The notes under the pieces: model-generated | What the model was told of the DNA's origin: nothing | The model's database searches: none | What the model saw: the letters and a program-made list of their open reading frames with translations, nothing else | Position numbers and translations under genes: made by a program | In this document: piece after piece, positions 6,932 through 15,357 of the stretch | How positions within the stretch are numbered: the first letter of the stretch is position 1 | Layout of the letters: each line of letters begins with the position of its first letter | Source: a virus | Lineage: Duplodnaviria > Caudoviricetes | Direction: 5' to 3' (one strand) | Length of the DNA: 52,079 bases | Virus record (IMG/VR): IMGVR_UViG_3300042468_001294 | Span: 1 to 52,079 of that record

Positions 6932-7247
6932 GATCGGTGACCTCATCATAGAGAAGCCGACGAAGCTGCTGCGGCAGGACGGTGAGTATACGTGCTCCGC
7001 CGGTACCTACGCAGTAAATTACACCGTCAACGACCTCGGAGTCGGTGGTTACATGACCGAGGTACCTGGGGTCGACCCTGGTGGCCACCGTTGTGTGATC
7101 TTCCTCGGTGGTGGTTGGTTCAGCAACACTAATTTGGAGGTACCAAATTACAATGGTCTTGGAAAATTCGAATCGACCGTAGATACTTTGCCAGTGGTCG
7201 GCAAATTCCAGACACAACTCGTGCCGAATCCGCAGTCACTACAATAG
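6924..7247 (+). CDS. Hypothetical protein
   Basis: MIKIGD start as in ORF 4027. Confidence 0.7.
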   Translation: MIKIGDLIIEKPTKLLRQDGEYTCSAGTYAVNYTVNDLGVGGYMTEVPGVDPGGHRCVIFLGGGWFSNTNLEVPNYNGLGKFESTVDTLPVVGKFQTQLVPNPQSLQ

Positions 7248-7276
7248 TTGACACACGAACGAGCCTGTGTTAAACT
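7248..7276 (+). promoter_or_regulatory. sigma70 promoter TTGACA-17-TAAACT, extended -10
   Basis: Consensus match. Confidence 0.8.
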
Positions 7277-7310
7277 CCAGTTTCCCTAGTTGATAGAGAG
7301 GTTTTTCCCC

Positions 7311-7898
7311 ATGTTCACAGTAGACAATACCCCCGTTCAAATCGTCAGCGTTTCTGGTGGCTGGACTACCGTTCAGTTCCAGGATGGTTCGACGAAGAAG
7401 GTTCGCAACTCAACCATCGTAGAGGTCAAAGTGGAAAAGAAGAAGGAAGCAAGCAAGATCGCCAAGATCAAGGAAACGCAGATCGACCTGAGCCGGTACT
7501 TCGTGTCCGACCAGAAGACGCCCTCGGGCCGCAAGACGATCGACTGCAACGACGAGATCGGCGTCGAACTCCGTGGCCGTGCCATCGACGAAGTGTACAC
7601 GGTCGCCGCCGAGCGACTGGGAACCACAGTCGATGCCTTGCGCAGCCAATACGGTCACCTCAATGTCGGCATGCAGCGCATGAACCTGGGCAACCGCATT
7701 CGTGGTGCCGGTCCCGCCCAGCAGAAGGCTGCTGCCCGGTTGCAGCGAGCCGCTGAACGCGAAGAGGCCGCACAGGCTCGCGCCATCGAACGTGCCCGCA
7801 TCGACGCCGAAAAGGCTGAGGCCAAGCGGCTGCGCGATGCTGAACTGGTGGCCAAGCGAGCGGCAAAGAAGGCCGTTGAAGAGGTGGCAATCGCCTAG
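7311..7898 (+). CDS. Basic protein with the HLNxGxQRMNLGN helical domain and Ala/Lys/Arg-rich tail
   Basis: GAGG SD; paralogue of 329 and 8997. Confidence 0.85.
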   Translation: MFTVDNTPVQIVSVSGGWTTVQFQDGSTKKVRNSTIVEVKVEKKKEASKIAKIKETQIDLSRYFVSDQKTPSGRKTIDCNDEIGVELRGRAIDEVYTVAAERLGTTVDALRSQYGHLNVGMQRMNLGNRIRGAGPAQQKAAARLQRAAEREEAAQARAIERARIDAEKAEAKRLRDAELVAKRAAKKAVEEVAIA

Positions 7899-7927
7899 TT
7901 GACACCGGGGGACGGCGGTGGTATACT
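7899..7927 (+). promoter_or_regulatory. sigma70 promoter TTGACA-17-TATACT, extended -10
   Basis: Consensus match. Confidence 0.85.
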
Positions 7928-7970
7928 ACCAATGTCCCCCACCCCACACATAGACTAGAGGATAGACAGC

Positions 7971-8216
7971 ATGGCAATCACTAGCACCGACTACCTGGGC
8001 CGCGAATGTACACTCGTGCACGAGAGCATGAACGAGCCAGTGAAAATTGACGAAGTGGTGAAATCCTTTCGAGGTGAGCCCTACCGAGTGATCGGTGGCC
8101 GAGCACCTCACAAATCCAGTTCGCAAGGCAAAGTCTGGTACGGCGATCCGCAGGACGAGCAAATCGGCGGCGAGTTTTACCCCTCGGTGCTGGGCTTGCA
8201 GTGGCGGCTGGCATGA
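7971..8216 (+). CDS. Conserved small phage protein (PHKSSSQGKV...EFYPSV)
   Basis: GAGGA SD. Confidence 0.75.
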   Translation: MAITSTDYLGRECTLVHESMNEPVKIDEVVKSFRGEPYRVIGGRAPHKSSSQGKVWYGDPQDEQIGGEFYPSVLGLQWRLA

Positions 8217-8344
8217 AGAAGGACAAGGGTTTCATTCTCGAAACGCTGGAAGGTACCAGTAGCTGGGTCCTGGTACCCATCGCAATAGTCGTTGGTGTTT
8301 TTGTGGCAGTCATTAACGCAGCACTCAAGATCGGGAGACAGTGA
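8213..8344 (+). CDS. 43-aa single-TM protein, not in the ORF track
   Basis: ATGA and TGATG overlaps; hydrophobic segment WVLVPIAIVVGVFVAVINAAL. Confidence 0.6.
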   Translation: MKKDKGFILETLEGTSSWVLVPIAIVVGVFVAVINAALKIGRQ

Positions 8345-8589
8345 TGAAGCAACGTCAATTTTTCAACCACCCAGCCCACCACCGAACCGGTGGCATTGCC
8401 TCCCGCGACCAAGCGTTTGCGTTGTGCGTAGATCGCACACACCGAGCCAACGACGCCATGTCTTTGATCATCGCAGGGGGACCTTTGGATGCCTGCGAAG
8501 TGATACCGGCAGGCGGCTGCAATTCCAACGTCTGGACCGACTGGCAAGGCGTACCTGTGCCAACCGTGTCCGGCATCGATCGCCCCTGA
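8344..8589 (+). CDS. Hypothetical protein
   Basis: GGGAG SD. Confidence 0.6.
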   Translation: MKQRQFFNHPAHHRTGGIASRDQAFALCVDRTHRANDAMSLIIAGGPLDACEVIPAGGCNSNVWTDWQGVPVPTVSGIDRP

Positions 8590-8600
8590 GGAGCAGCGTG

Positions 8601-8840
8601 ATGAAGTATTGGGTCGCGATGACTGACACATTCATGTCGGGCTGGGTGCACGATATGCGCATCAGCAAACTCGTGGTCGAATGTGACGACTACAAGCAAG
8701 CACTTTCAATTCACGGCCGCGCCCAGCGCAGGCCGGAAATGAAGTACATCAACATCCATGTCCGTCAACCTTCTTACGACGCACTTCGTTTTGTGGTGAG
8801 CACCAAGAGGTTCGACGAAATCCTATGGGAACACGTATGA
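8601..8840 (+). CDS. Conserved small phage protein (MTDTFMSGW...RPEMKYI)
   Basis: GAGGAG SD. Confidence 0.7.
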   Translation: MKYWVAMTDTFMSGWVHDMRISKLVVECDDYKQALSIHGRAQRRPEMKYINIHVRQPSYDALRFVVSTKRFDEILWEHV

Positions 8841-9064
8841 GAACCCTCGACGAACGTTGGGCGGCAGCACACGCTAACGGTACCCCCGAACTGCCCCTGT
8901 TGGCCGAGTTGGTCAGCCAGCAGGACACCGACGATAACCTTTACAACCGAGTGACGCAGCTAATCTGCAGCGCACTCGCACACTTGGAGAAGAAAGATGC
9001 TGACAAAGCGATTTTCTACGCGAAGCGCGACCTTGGAGAGTGTCGAGCACTCCTTGACTGCTGA
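8837..9064 (+). CDS. Hypothetical protein
   Basis: ATGA overlap. Confidence 0.6.
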   Translation: MRTLDERWAAAHANGTPELPLLAELVSQQDTDDNLYNRVTQLICSALAHLEKKDADKAIFYAKRDLGECRALLDC

Positions 9065-9539
9065 CCCCGCTCCGGAGTATACTCCGGGTGATTCCGTGAT
9101 GTACCGGGGGGATCCGGAGAATGTCTGGAGGGTGATCCATGTTGAAAGGGGCGTTAGCTGCTGGTGGACAAGGGCTGCGCAAAATAGCGTAAATCAGTCA
9201 TTCCCTGCCAACGTTTTCACCCGCATTGAGCGTCTGCGCGTGGCGAAAGTCGAGACTCCGAAAGTCGAGAAGATCGAGAAGCCGAAGCCGGTGACGATCG
9301 AGACGCCAAAGCCCGACCGTATCGCTGCACTCCTGGCTGAGGCCAGGGGATTGGACGAGGTGATCGAGATTGCCCGACTCGCCGGGATCGATTACACCAA
9401 AGACGAGGCGCGATCGCCAGGGCTGCAGCGTATGTACCTCGGTAACCTGCTGCGCAACAAAATGAAGCGAGGTGAATTCGACCCCGAGTCGATTTACTGG
9501 ACTGGACAAGGTTTTGCCCCCCGTGCATCACCTGTATAG
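8997..9539 (+). CDS. Protein with N-terminal SH3-like part and divergent GLQRMYLGN helical domain (true start probably 9054 or later)
   Basis: Motif shared with 329 and 7311. Confidence 0.7.
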   Translation: MLTKRFSTRSATLESVEHSLTADPAPEYTPGDSVMYRGDPENVWRVIHVERGVSCWWTRAAQNSVNQSFPANVFTRIERLRVAKVETPKVEKIEKPKPVTIETPKPDRIAALLAEARGLDEVIEIARLAGIDYTKDEARSPGLQRMYLGNLLRNKMKRGEFDPESIYWTGQGFAPRASPV

Positions 9540-9685
9540 CACATGCAGTTCTCGCCGGTTGGGGGGTTTGTAAGTTCGTAAACCGGCGGGATCTCCAAAG
9601 CAAGTAACGCCATTGCAATGTGTTTCGGCGTGACACCTCGGAGAGACGAGGACCAACATTCATTTAACACCGGAGATAGAGCAAA

Positions 9686-9961
9686 ATGGCAATTCCGAGC
9701 GTTTCAATCACAGATCCGAAGTTCATCTACCAAAACAGCGTGACGACTGATATTCGCAACCTTTGGCGTAAACACGGCTGGGCACCCCCTCAACGAATCA
9801 AGTCCCGGGTACGAAAGGTTGACATCCTGCAAGGCGGGCAGTTGATTGCGACCGTCGACCGACTCGACGACCACGCTACTCTGGTTGACGTCAAGACTCG
9901 CAACGGGATCGATTGGTTTCAACTGCAGCGAGAGGTGCAAAATGTGTTCCGACCAAGGTAG
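9686..9961 (+). CDS. Hypothetical protein
   Basis: GGAGATAG SD. Confidence 0.75.
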   Translation: MAIPSVSITDPKFIYQNSVTTDIRNLWRKHGWAPPQRIKSRVRKVDILQGGQLIATVDRLDDHATLVDVKTRNGIDWFQLQREVQNVFRPR

Positions 9962-10069
9962 GAAGCCCCGCACGGACGGCGTGGGTAGGCTGTTTTTGAT
10001 CGTCGCTGGTGCTGTGGCTGCTGCAGCATTGTTCGTTACCGTGGTTGGTTTGTTAATTTACATAATCAA

Positions 10070-10282
10070 ATGACCGAACGCAATTACGATACTGTCTCTG
10101 ATCTGACGATGAGAAACGTTTTTCGCGGGGAAGGTCTTGCATACCGACGCCGCTGTTTCGAATGTAATCAATCGAAAGAACAAACAGGTGGTTCAACGAG
10201 CAAGAAGCTCAAAATCTGGCGGTGCGCTGCTTGCACGACGAAAGCGAAGTCCGGGGTTGACAAACCCGCCGCCCCTTGTTAA
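10070..10282 (+). CDS. Small zinc-finger-like protein (CFEC...CAAC)
   Basis: Two CxxC pairs. Confidence 0.6.
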   Translation: MTERNYDTVSDLTMRNVFRGEGLAYRRRCFECNQSKEQTGGSTSKKLKIWRCAACTTKAKSGVDKPAAPC

Positions 10283-10285
10283 AAT
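10257..10285 (+). promoter_or_regulatory. sigma70 promoter TTGACA-17-TAAAAT, extended -10
   Basis: Consensus match followed by GAGGAGATAG. Confidence 0.85.
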
Positions 10286-10307
10286 AGAGTTTTTAGAGGA
10301 GATAGAT

Positions 10308-10556
10308 ATGGCCATCGAAAAGTGGACACAACACGACGAGGAGCTTTTGGCCCAAATGCAAGCTCGACGAGAGCGAGTTCATCAAGCCACGAGAAAGCCA
10401 CTCCAGCAATTCATCGATTTGTCGATGCCTACGGTGACCGAGCGTGAAGCTGTGATGTTGGTCACTGACTGGATGATCGCGAATGCCAAGTTCCTACGTG
10501 ATCTTCTTGAGCCATTTGATGACGGAGTGCGCCCGCCATGCGTAAATCAGGAATGA
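10308..10556 (+). CDS. Hypothetical protein
   Basis: Strong SD. Confidence 0.75.
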   Translation: MAIEKWTQHDEELLAQMQARRERVHQATRKPLQQFIDLSMPTVTEREAVMLVTDWMIANAKFLRDLLEPFDDGVRPPCVNQE

Positions 10557-10792
10557 CTGTCCGGGAATTGGTCCAGTGGCTCTCCACGTTCAAAGATCAG
10601 GACGCTGAAGTGGAAGTGATACGGCACAATCGTAGTACAAGCTGCTACGACCAAGGCGGCAGTATTAATGTTGTGGCGTTTGATCCCGACAAGCACACGA
10701 CATATCTCGACCTGCGCGGCAACCCGTTTGTCAAACCCGATGCGCCTTTTTATGGCAAACGGACGCTGTTGTTAGGTGAAACGGACGCATAA
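10553..10792 (+). CDS. Hypothetical protein (MTVRELVQWL...)
   Basis: ATGA overlap. Confidence 0.7.
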   Translation: MTVRELVQWLSTFKDQDAEVEVIRHNRSTSCYDQGGSINVVAFDPDKHTTYLDLRGNPFVKPDAPFYGKRTLLLGETDA

Positions 10793-10814
10793 CTTTCTTA
10801 GGAGATAGATACAT

Positions 10815-11135
10815 ATGAGCAAGCACACACCGGGGCCATGGCGAGCCACACTAGCGCCCTCACAATGCGAGGGTGTCAACGTGCAATTTTGCATCGATAC
10901 GGGGGGAGCGATCAGTATCGCGTATGGCCAAAGCCAGGAACACTTAGCCGACTATCGCGAGGCTGTGCTTGAAGAGCAGTGTCGCGCTAATGCTCTGCTT
11001 ATTGCCGCCGCGCCTGATCTGCTGGAGGTAGCAAAGCTCGCTCTGCGTATGGGTGTATATGGTGGCGTGTCCCCCAGCACTGTAGAAGACGCCGCCCGCG
11101 CCGCCATCGCCAAAGCTACCAGAGAAGCGAAATGA
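10815..11135 (+). CDS. Conserved phage protein (HTPGPW...ANALLIAAAPDLL)
   Basis: Common phage motif, GGAGATAG SD. Confidence 0.8.
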   Translation: MSKHTPGPWRATLAPSQCEGVNVQFCIDTGGAISIAYGQSQEHLADYREAVLEEQCRANALLIAAAPDLLEVAKLALRMGVYGGVSPSTVEDAARAAIAKATREAK

Positions 11136-11455
11136 AGTGGTACAACAAGCATAAGACAAATGAACTGACCGGAGCCGCCCTGGATTGGGCTGTGCACATA
11201 GCTCAAGGGCTGGGTGATGAGATCTATGGTCCGTACTCCACATCCTGGCAGGAGGGCGGGCCGATCATCGACCGAGAGATCACGCTTATGGCACTGAACA
11301 AACCCGACTGCCAAGCAACGATCATTCAAGGCGCAAATGCTTGGACAGCCTTCGGTCCCACCCCGCTCATCGCAGCTATGCGCTGCTTCGTCGCCTCCCG
11401 CCTGGGCGACACCATCAACATCCCCGCTAATTGGCCAGAGAGGAGCAAGACATGA
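11132..11455 (+). CDS. NinX/DUF2591-like phage protein
   Basis: LTGAALDWAV...YSTSWQEGGPII...GPTPLIAAMRCFV motifs. Confidence 0.75.
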   Translation: MKWYNKHKTNELTGAALDWAVHIAQGLGDEIYGPYSTSWQEGGPIIDREITLMALNKPDCQATIIQGANAWTAFGPTPLIAAMRCFVASRLGDTINIPANWPERSKT

Positions 11456-11577
11456 AACAGAAGTACGAAGGCCAGGGCTTGGAGAGGTTCTGGCACACCC
11501 TGCTCACCTTCGCCATCATCGGCGCGGTGTCGGTGCTGGGGTGGAGTCTGTATGTGCTGTGGAGGGTACTGACATGA
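11452..11577 (+). CDS. 41-aa single-TM protein, not in the ORF track
   Basis: ATGA overlaps at both ends, AGGAG SD. Confidence 0.6.
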   Translation: MKQKYEGQGLERFWHTLLTFAIIGAVSVLGWSLYVLWRVLT

Positions 11578-11951
11578 CTGACCTGAGAGACGCTGCGCAT
11601 CAGGCACTGGAGGCGTTGGAGAGCACGCAGCTTTTTGCGGCGCATGAGCACTACCCGCGCCGGCGTGTTGCTGACACCCTCGACGCCCTCCGCGCCGCGC
11701 TGGAGCAGACGGAGCAGGAGCCGGTGGCTCGGTTTGACGAGCGATACGGTGGACCAGTCTTGCTGGCAAGTGCGCCGATGTTGCGTGACGGCCAACTGTT
11801 ATATACCGACCCACCCCGCCGCGAGTGGCGGTCGTTGAGTGAGGAGGAGATTCTCCCGCGCTATCTAGGCCGCATGCTGTACAGCCACGCGGAGATGCTT
11901 GAGTTTTCCCGCGCCATCGAGGCCGCTTTAAGGAGCAAGAACCATGAGTGA
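11574..11951 (+). CDS. Modular phage protein (QALEAL...EQEPVA...RAIEAALRSKN)
   Basis: GGAGG SD; motifs typical of proteobacterial phage accessory genes. Confidence 0.75.
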   Translation: MTDLRDAAHQALEALESTQLFAAHEHYPRRRVADTLDALRAALEQTEQEPVARFDERYGGPVLLASAPMLRDGQLLYTDPPRREWRSLSEEEILPRYLGRMLYSHAEMLEFSRAIEAALRSKNHE

Positions 11952-12480
11952 CCTACGAACCGCCGCCCAGCAGGCGCTGGAGCAGCCGGAGCAGGGGCCG
12001 GTGGCGTGGCCGAAGGGGCGTGATCTATTTCTGCGCGATGACATGGGGAAAGGTCAACTGCGCGTCATGTTCGACGGCGACAACGATGTAATCGTGGCGA
12101 TCTGGCCCCATGACAAACCTTCCGCATCGGTGGAGTTTTGCAATGGATTCAACGGCGGTGGCAAGTCATTGGAGACACGCAAGGCGCTGATCGCGCTGAT
12201 GTGTGCGATGGAGCGTGACGGCGCACACGCCAGACCGCACGTCGATAACACTGGCCCTCTGCCCCGCGCCGCGCTGGAGCAGCCGGAGCAGGACACCGAC
12301 TGCCACGCGCAGGGCATCTGCCAGCGCAGCGGATACGGCATAGGGCAGCCGGAGCAGGTCGTTCCCTACGCCGTATGGCGGCAGGGCTTCGACGCTGTGA
12401 GGAAATACAAGGAGCAGTCGGATCAAGGCGGCAAAACCGGATGGCCTCCAGGCCAAGCTGAAGGAGTTGAACCACCATGA
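11944..12480 (+). CDS. Modular phage protein with EQPEQ repeats
   Basis: AAGGAG SD; shares DNA repeats with the upstream gene. Confidence 0.7.
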   Translation: MSDLRTAAQQALEQPEQGPVAWPKGRDLFLRDDMGKGQLRVMFDGDNDVIVAIWPHDKPSASVEFCNGFNGGGKSLETRKALIALMCAMERDGAHARPHVDNTGPLPRAALEQPEQDTDCHAQGICQRSGYGIGQPEQVVPYAVWRQGFDAVRKYKEQSDQGGKTGWPPGQAEGVEPP

Positions 12481-12989
12481 CTGAACAAACCAAAGTCGAG
12501 CCAGTTGGTGAGGTCTACAGACATGGCAAAGATTCACACGGGCGGCAATGGCATGGGGTCCACTGGTACGACCCTAATCTGGATGTGCCGACAGGAACAA
12601 AACTCTTCATCCACGCACCTTACCAGACAAACCCCTGGCGCGATGCCGTAGACCATGAGCTTTCAACCCTGCACATGGTCGCCAGCGATGACCCGCGAGA
12701 GTCCATTCGACGCCTGATCAATTGGCACTGCGCTGTGCAGATCGACCCGCTGGTTTCCTCCGCCGCTCAAGCACTTATTGAACGGGGACGGAAAGAAGCG
12801 TTGGGGCAGCCCGCCGAATGCCATTGGGTACAAGATGGTCATGAAGACTCAGAAACCTGGGCCGCATCGTGCAGCAGACACCGATACTTCTCGCTAAACG
12901 AAGGGACTCCCAAAGACAACCACATGAAGTATTGTTGCTACTGTGGTAAACCTTTGGTGGAAGTACCATTTGAAGCGGAGGACAAATAA
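12477..12989 (+). CDS. Phage protein with C-terminal Zn ribbon (YCCYCGK)
   Basis: ATGA overlap, AAGGAG SD. Confidence 0.75.
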   Translation: MTEQTKVEPVGEVYRHGKDSHGRQWHGVHWYDPNLDVPTGTKLFIHAPYQTNPWRDAVDHELSTLHMVASDDPRESIRRLINWHCAVQIDPLVSSAAQALIERGRKEALGQPAECHWVQDGHEDSETWAASCSRHRYFSLNEGTPKDNHMKYCCYCGKPLVEVPFEAEDK

Positions 12990-13234
12990 TGCGTGACCCG
13001 ATCTGGGATGCAATGAAACAGCATTCCCGTGAGAAATTCGACGCTGATCGTGCTCGATTTTTGGCACAAGCACAAACCGAGGACGATGGTGGTTGGATGA
13101 AGCACACCGAATACCACTGGTCGCGGTACGTGAACGGGGAACGCCTGGATTATTGGCCAAGCCGTAAGAAGTTCCAGTGGCGCGGCAAGGTGCAGCGTGG
13201 TGATGTGATGAAGATTGTGAAAGGACAGGCATGA
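12989..13234 (+). CDS. Hypothetical protein (HTEYHWSR...LDYWPSRKK)
   Basis: GGAGG SD, TAATG overlap. Confidence 0.75.
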   Translation: MRDPIWDAMKQHSREKFDADRARFLAQAQTEDDGGWMKHTEYHWSRYVNGERLDYWPSRKKFQWRGKVQRGDVMKIVKGQA

Positions 13235-13470
13235 CCCGCGACGACATCATTAAGTGGGCGCAGCAGGCCGGTATCAAATTACCGGATGGTCCGTTCCCAG
13301 AACGTGGCTCGTTCGACTTGCCTGAAGTGATTCGCTTGTCTGGTTTGGCTTACGCCGCTGGAACTGCTGCCGAGCACAAGAGATGTGTCGAAAGAGTAAA
13401 CATCGCGTTACTTGGTTGCGAGATATCCATCCGTGACAGGGTAATACGCGCTTTGGAGGTAAAATCGTGA
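13231..13470 (+). CDS. Hypothetical protein (MTRDDIIKWAQQAG...)
   Basis: ATGA overlap. Confidence 0.7.
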   Translation: MTRDDIIKWAQQAGIKLPDGPFPERGSFDLPEVIRLSGLAYAAGTAAEHKRCVERVNIALLGCEISIRDRVIRALEVKS

Positions 13471-13682
13471 TTAACTGGTTCATACTGAACACCGGTTCAC
13501 CTGAAGCCCCGCCCGACAAACCGTGGCGGGTGACGCGGTATCGAGCACACCCCTATTGGGGCACTCCGGTAGGCCCGGATTACGCCGCCGATTTCCGTAC
13601 GTACTGGCAAGCCAACGCGGTGAGTTGGTTTTACCACCACATCCTCGGGTGGTCCTGTAACACTTGGAAAAAACGGAACTAG
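13467..13682 (+). CDS. Trp-rich hypothetical protein
   Basis: GGAGG SD, GTGA overlap. Confidence 0.65.
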   Translation: MINWFILNTGSPEAPPDKPWRVTRYRAHPYWGTPVGPDYAADFRTYWQANAVSWFYHHILGWSCNTWKKRN

Positions 13683-13791
13683 CGTTCTGGAAGATTCCGG
13701 GGGCTTCTCTCCTTTTTAGAGATATATAGCCAGCTACCTATATAGCCATGTACTCAGCCAAAAACAGCGGTGGCCCCACGGGAGCCCACCC

Positions 13792-14244
13792 GTGAGCGAG
13801 TCCAGACTGTGGGAGTACCTGCGCACCGGAATGGGCGCACGATGGGAAGCACAACGGCACGAAGACCGGTTCACACCGGGTATCCCGGACGTGTCTTACT
13901 CGATCACCCGGCACGGTTGGATCGAGTTGAAGTATCTACCGACTAAACCTAAAAAGTCGTCTTCGATCTTGAAAATCGACCATTACACCCAGGATCAACG
14001 TAACTGGGCGATACGCCACGGCAGGAGAGCAGGGTTGTGCTTCATGCTACTCCAGGTGAACAAAACTTACATGCTCTTCGACTGGACGAAAGCGACGCTG
14101 ATCGGATCCACTGATTTCGAGACACACAAACGACTTGCACTCGGTGTTTGGGAGTCAAAAATAGATTGGCGACACCTAAGATCGCTCCTGGTGTCGCCAG
14201 TGGTGAGGGAACAAATCAGCGTTTTTCGTTCAACATCGCCTTAA
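13792..14244 (+). CDS. PD-(D/E)xK nuclease, VRR-NUC/Holliday-junction-resolvase-like
   Basis: E near the N-terminus, GIPDV and WIELK catalytic motifs. Confidence 0.8.
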   Translation: MSESRLWEYLRTGMGARWEAQRHEDRFTPGIPDVSYSITRHGWIELKYLPTKPKKSSSILKIDHYTQDQRNWAIRHGRRAGLCFMLLQVNKTYMLFDWTKATLIGSTDFETHKRLALGVWESKIDWRHLRSLLVSPVVREQISVFRSTSP

Positions 14245-15343
14245 ACAGCAGCAGGTACAGGATCGCGTCGGACACCCGGCTTTCAATAGGCTCGGACATC
14301 GCGGGATTGTTGGTTTTGCTGAGTTGACCAACATAGGACTTGATCGAGTCGATGTGCTTGTTGAAGTACACTGACCAGACCTGTTCGGGGGTCAGCCCCA
14401 GGTCAACCGCGTTTCGCTTGAAATTCGCCAGTTGATCATCCGACCTGGAGTACTCCTCGCCCTTGCTTCGCGTCAACTCAAGGATTTTGGTGAATTCGTC
14501 CTCGATCAACTCGATGAAGGATTCTTTCGTTGTGGTCCGGGCGGCAGGTGTTAAACCAGGAATGGCGACCTGTTGCTGTTGACGCTGCAACATTTCGCAG
14601 GTCGTCTTGAACAGATGCTTTTGTGAATTGTGGCAAACCAACACCTCGTGGACGGACTTCGTAACCGCCATCGTCAAAGTGTTCCCGAAGTTGTAGAGCA
14701 CTTCGAAATCGTCTGGTACCGTGAATTCGGTGACGAGCACAATGTGACCGTCGTACACCATCGAGCGAACGTTGTTCCAGAAGACCTCTGAATCGAACGG
14801 TTCGGAATCATGTATGTCCCCCGCGTTGGCGTATGGGGGGTCACAATAGATCACACTGTTAGGTGGGATCTTCAATTCTCGGTAGTCGCAGTTGAACAGG
14901 CTGACGTCCTTACCGCTGCGGAACAGATTCAGCCGCTTGGTATCCGTTGAGTTCTTGAGTGTCTTGGCTTTGTTCGTGCCGCCCTTCCCGATCCGAGCTT
15001 CCGGTTTCACGTAGCTCGCGAAGAACCTGGAACCGAACGACATACCAAACCCGTAGTAGGCTGTTTTCCAGTCGTCGGGATCGCGGACCTTTTTGACCTC
15101 GTTGTATTCATCCTCACTGATCTCGTCAGGGAGGACAAAATCGGTGTTGTGCTGGAAAAACGCCCACATGCTCATCAAGCAGCGGCTAACGTCGGACAAG
15201 ATCATCCGTTTGTGGTTCATCCGGGATGCCACCCACATGGAACCGCAAAACGGTTCAACATAAGTTTTCTCCGGGGTCAATACCTCTTCCAGAAACTGGA
15301 TGATCGTGGGGCCTTGACGAAACTTACCACCCATGTAGTTCAT
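14216..15343 (-). CDS. Dam-family (alpha-class) N6-adenine DNA methyltransferase fused to an Nmad1/DUF1599-like helical domain
   Basis: YMGGK (motif X), YVEPFCGS (motif I), YCDPPY (motif IV); poly-Q linker; C-terminal KGEEY..ANF..K..EPIESRVSDAILY. Confidence 0.8.
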   Translation of the reverse strand: MNYMGGKFRQGPTIIQFLEEVLTPEKTYVEPFCGSMWVASRMNHKRMILSDVSRCLMSMWAFFQHNTDFVLPDEISEDEYNEVKKVRDPDDWKTAYYGFGMSFGSRFFASYVKPEARIGKGGTNKAKTLKNSTDTKRLNLFRSGKDVSLFNCDYRELKIPPNSVIYCDPPYANAGDIHDSEPFDSEVFWNNVRSMVYDGHIVLVTEFTVPDDFEVLYNFGNTLTMAVTKSVHEVLVCHNSQKHLFKTTCEMLQRQQQQVAIPGLTPAARTTTKESFIELIEDEFTKILELTRSKGEEYSRSDDQLANFKRNAVDLGLTPEQVWSVYFNKHIDSIKSYVGQLSKTNNPAMSEPIESRVSDAILYLLLFKAMLNEKR

Positions 15344-15357
15344 TTAACTATTTCCCT

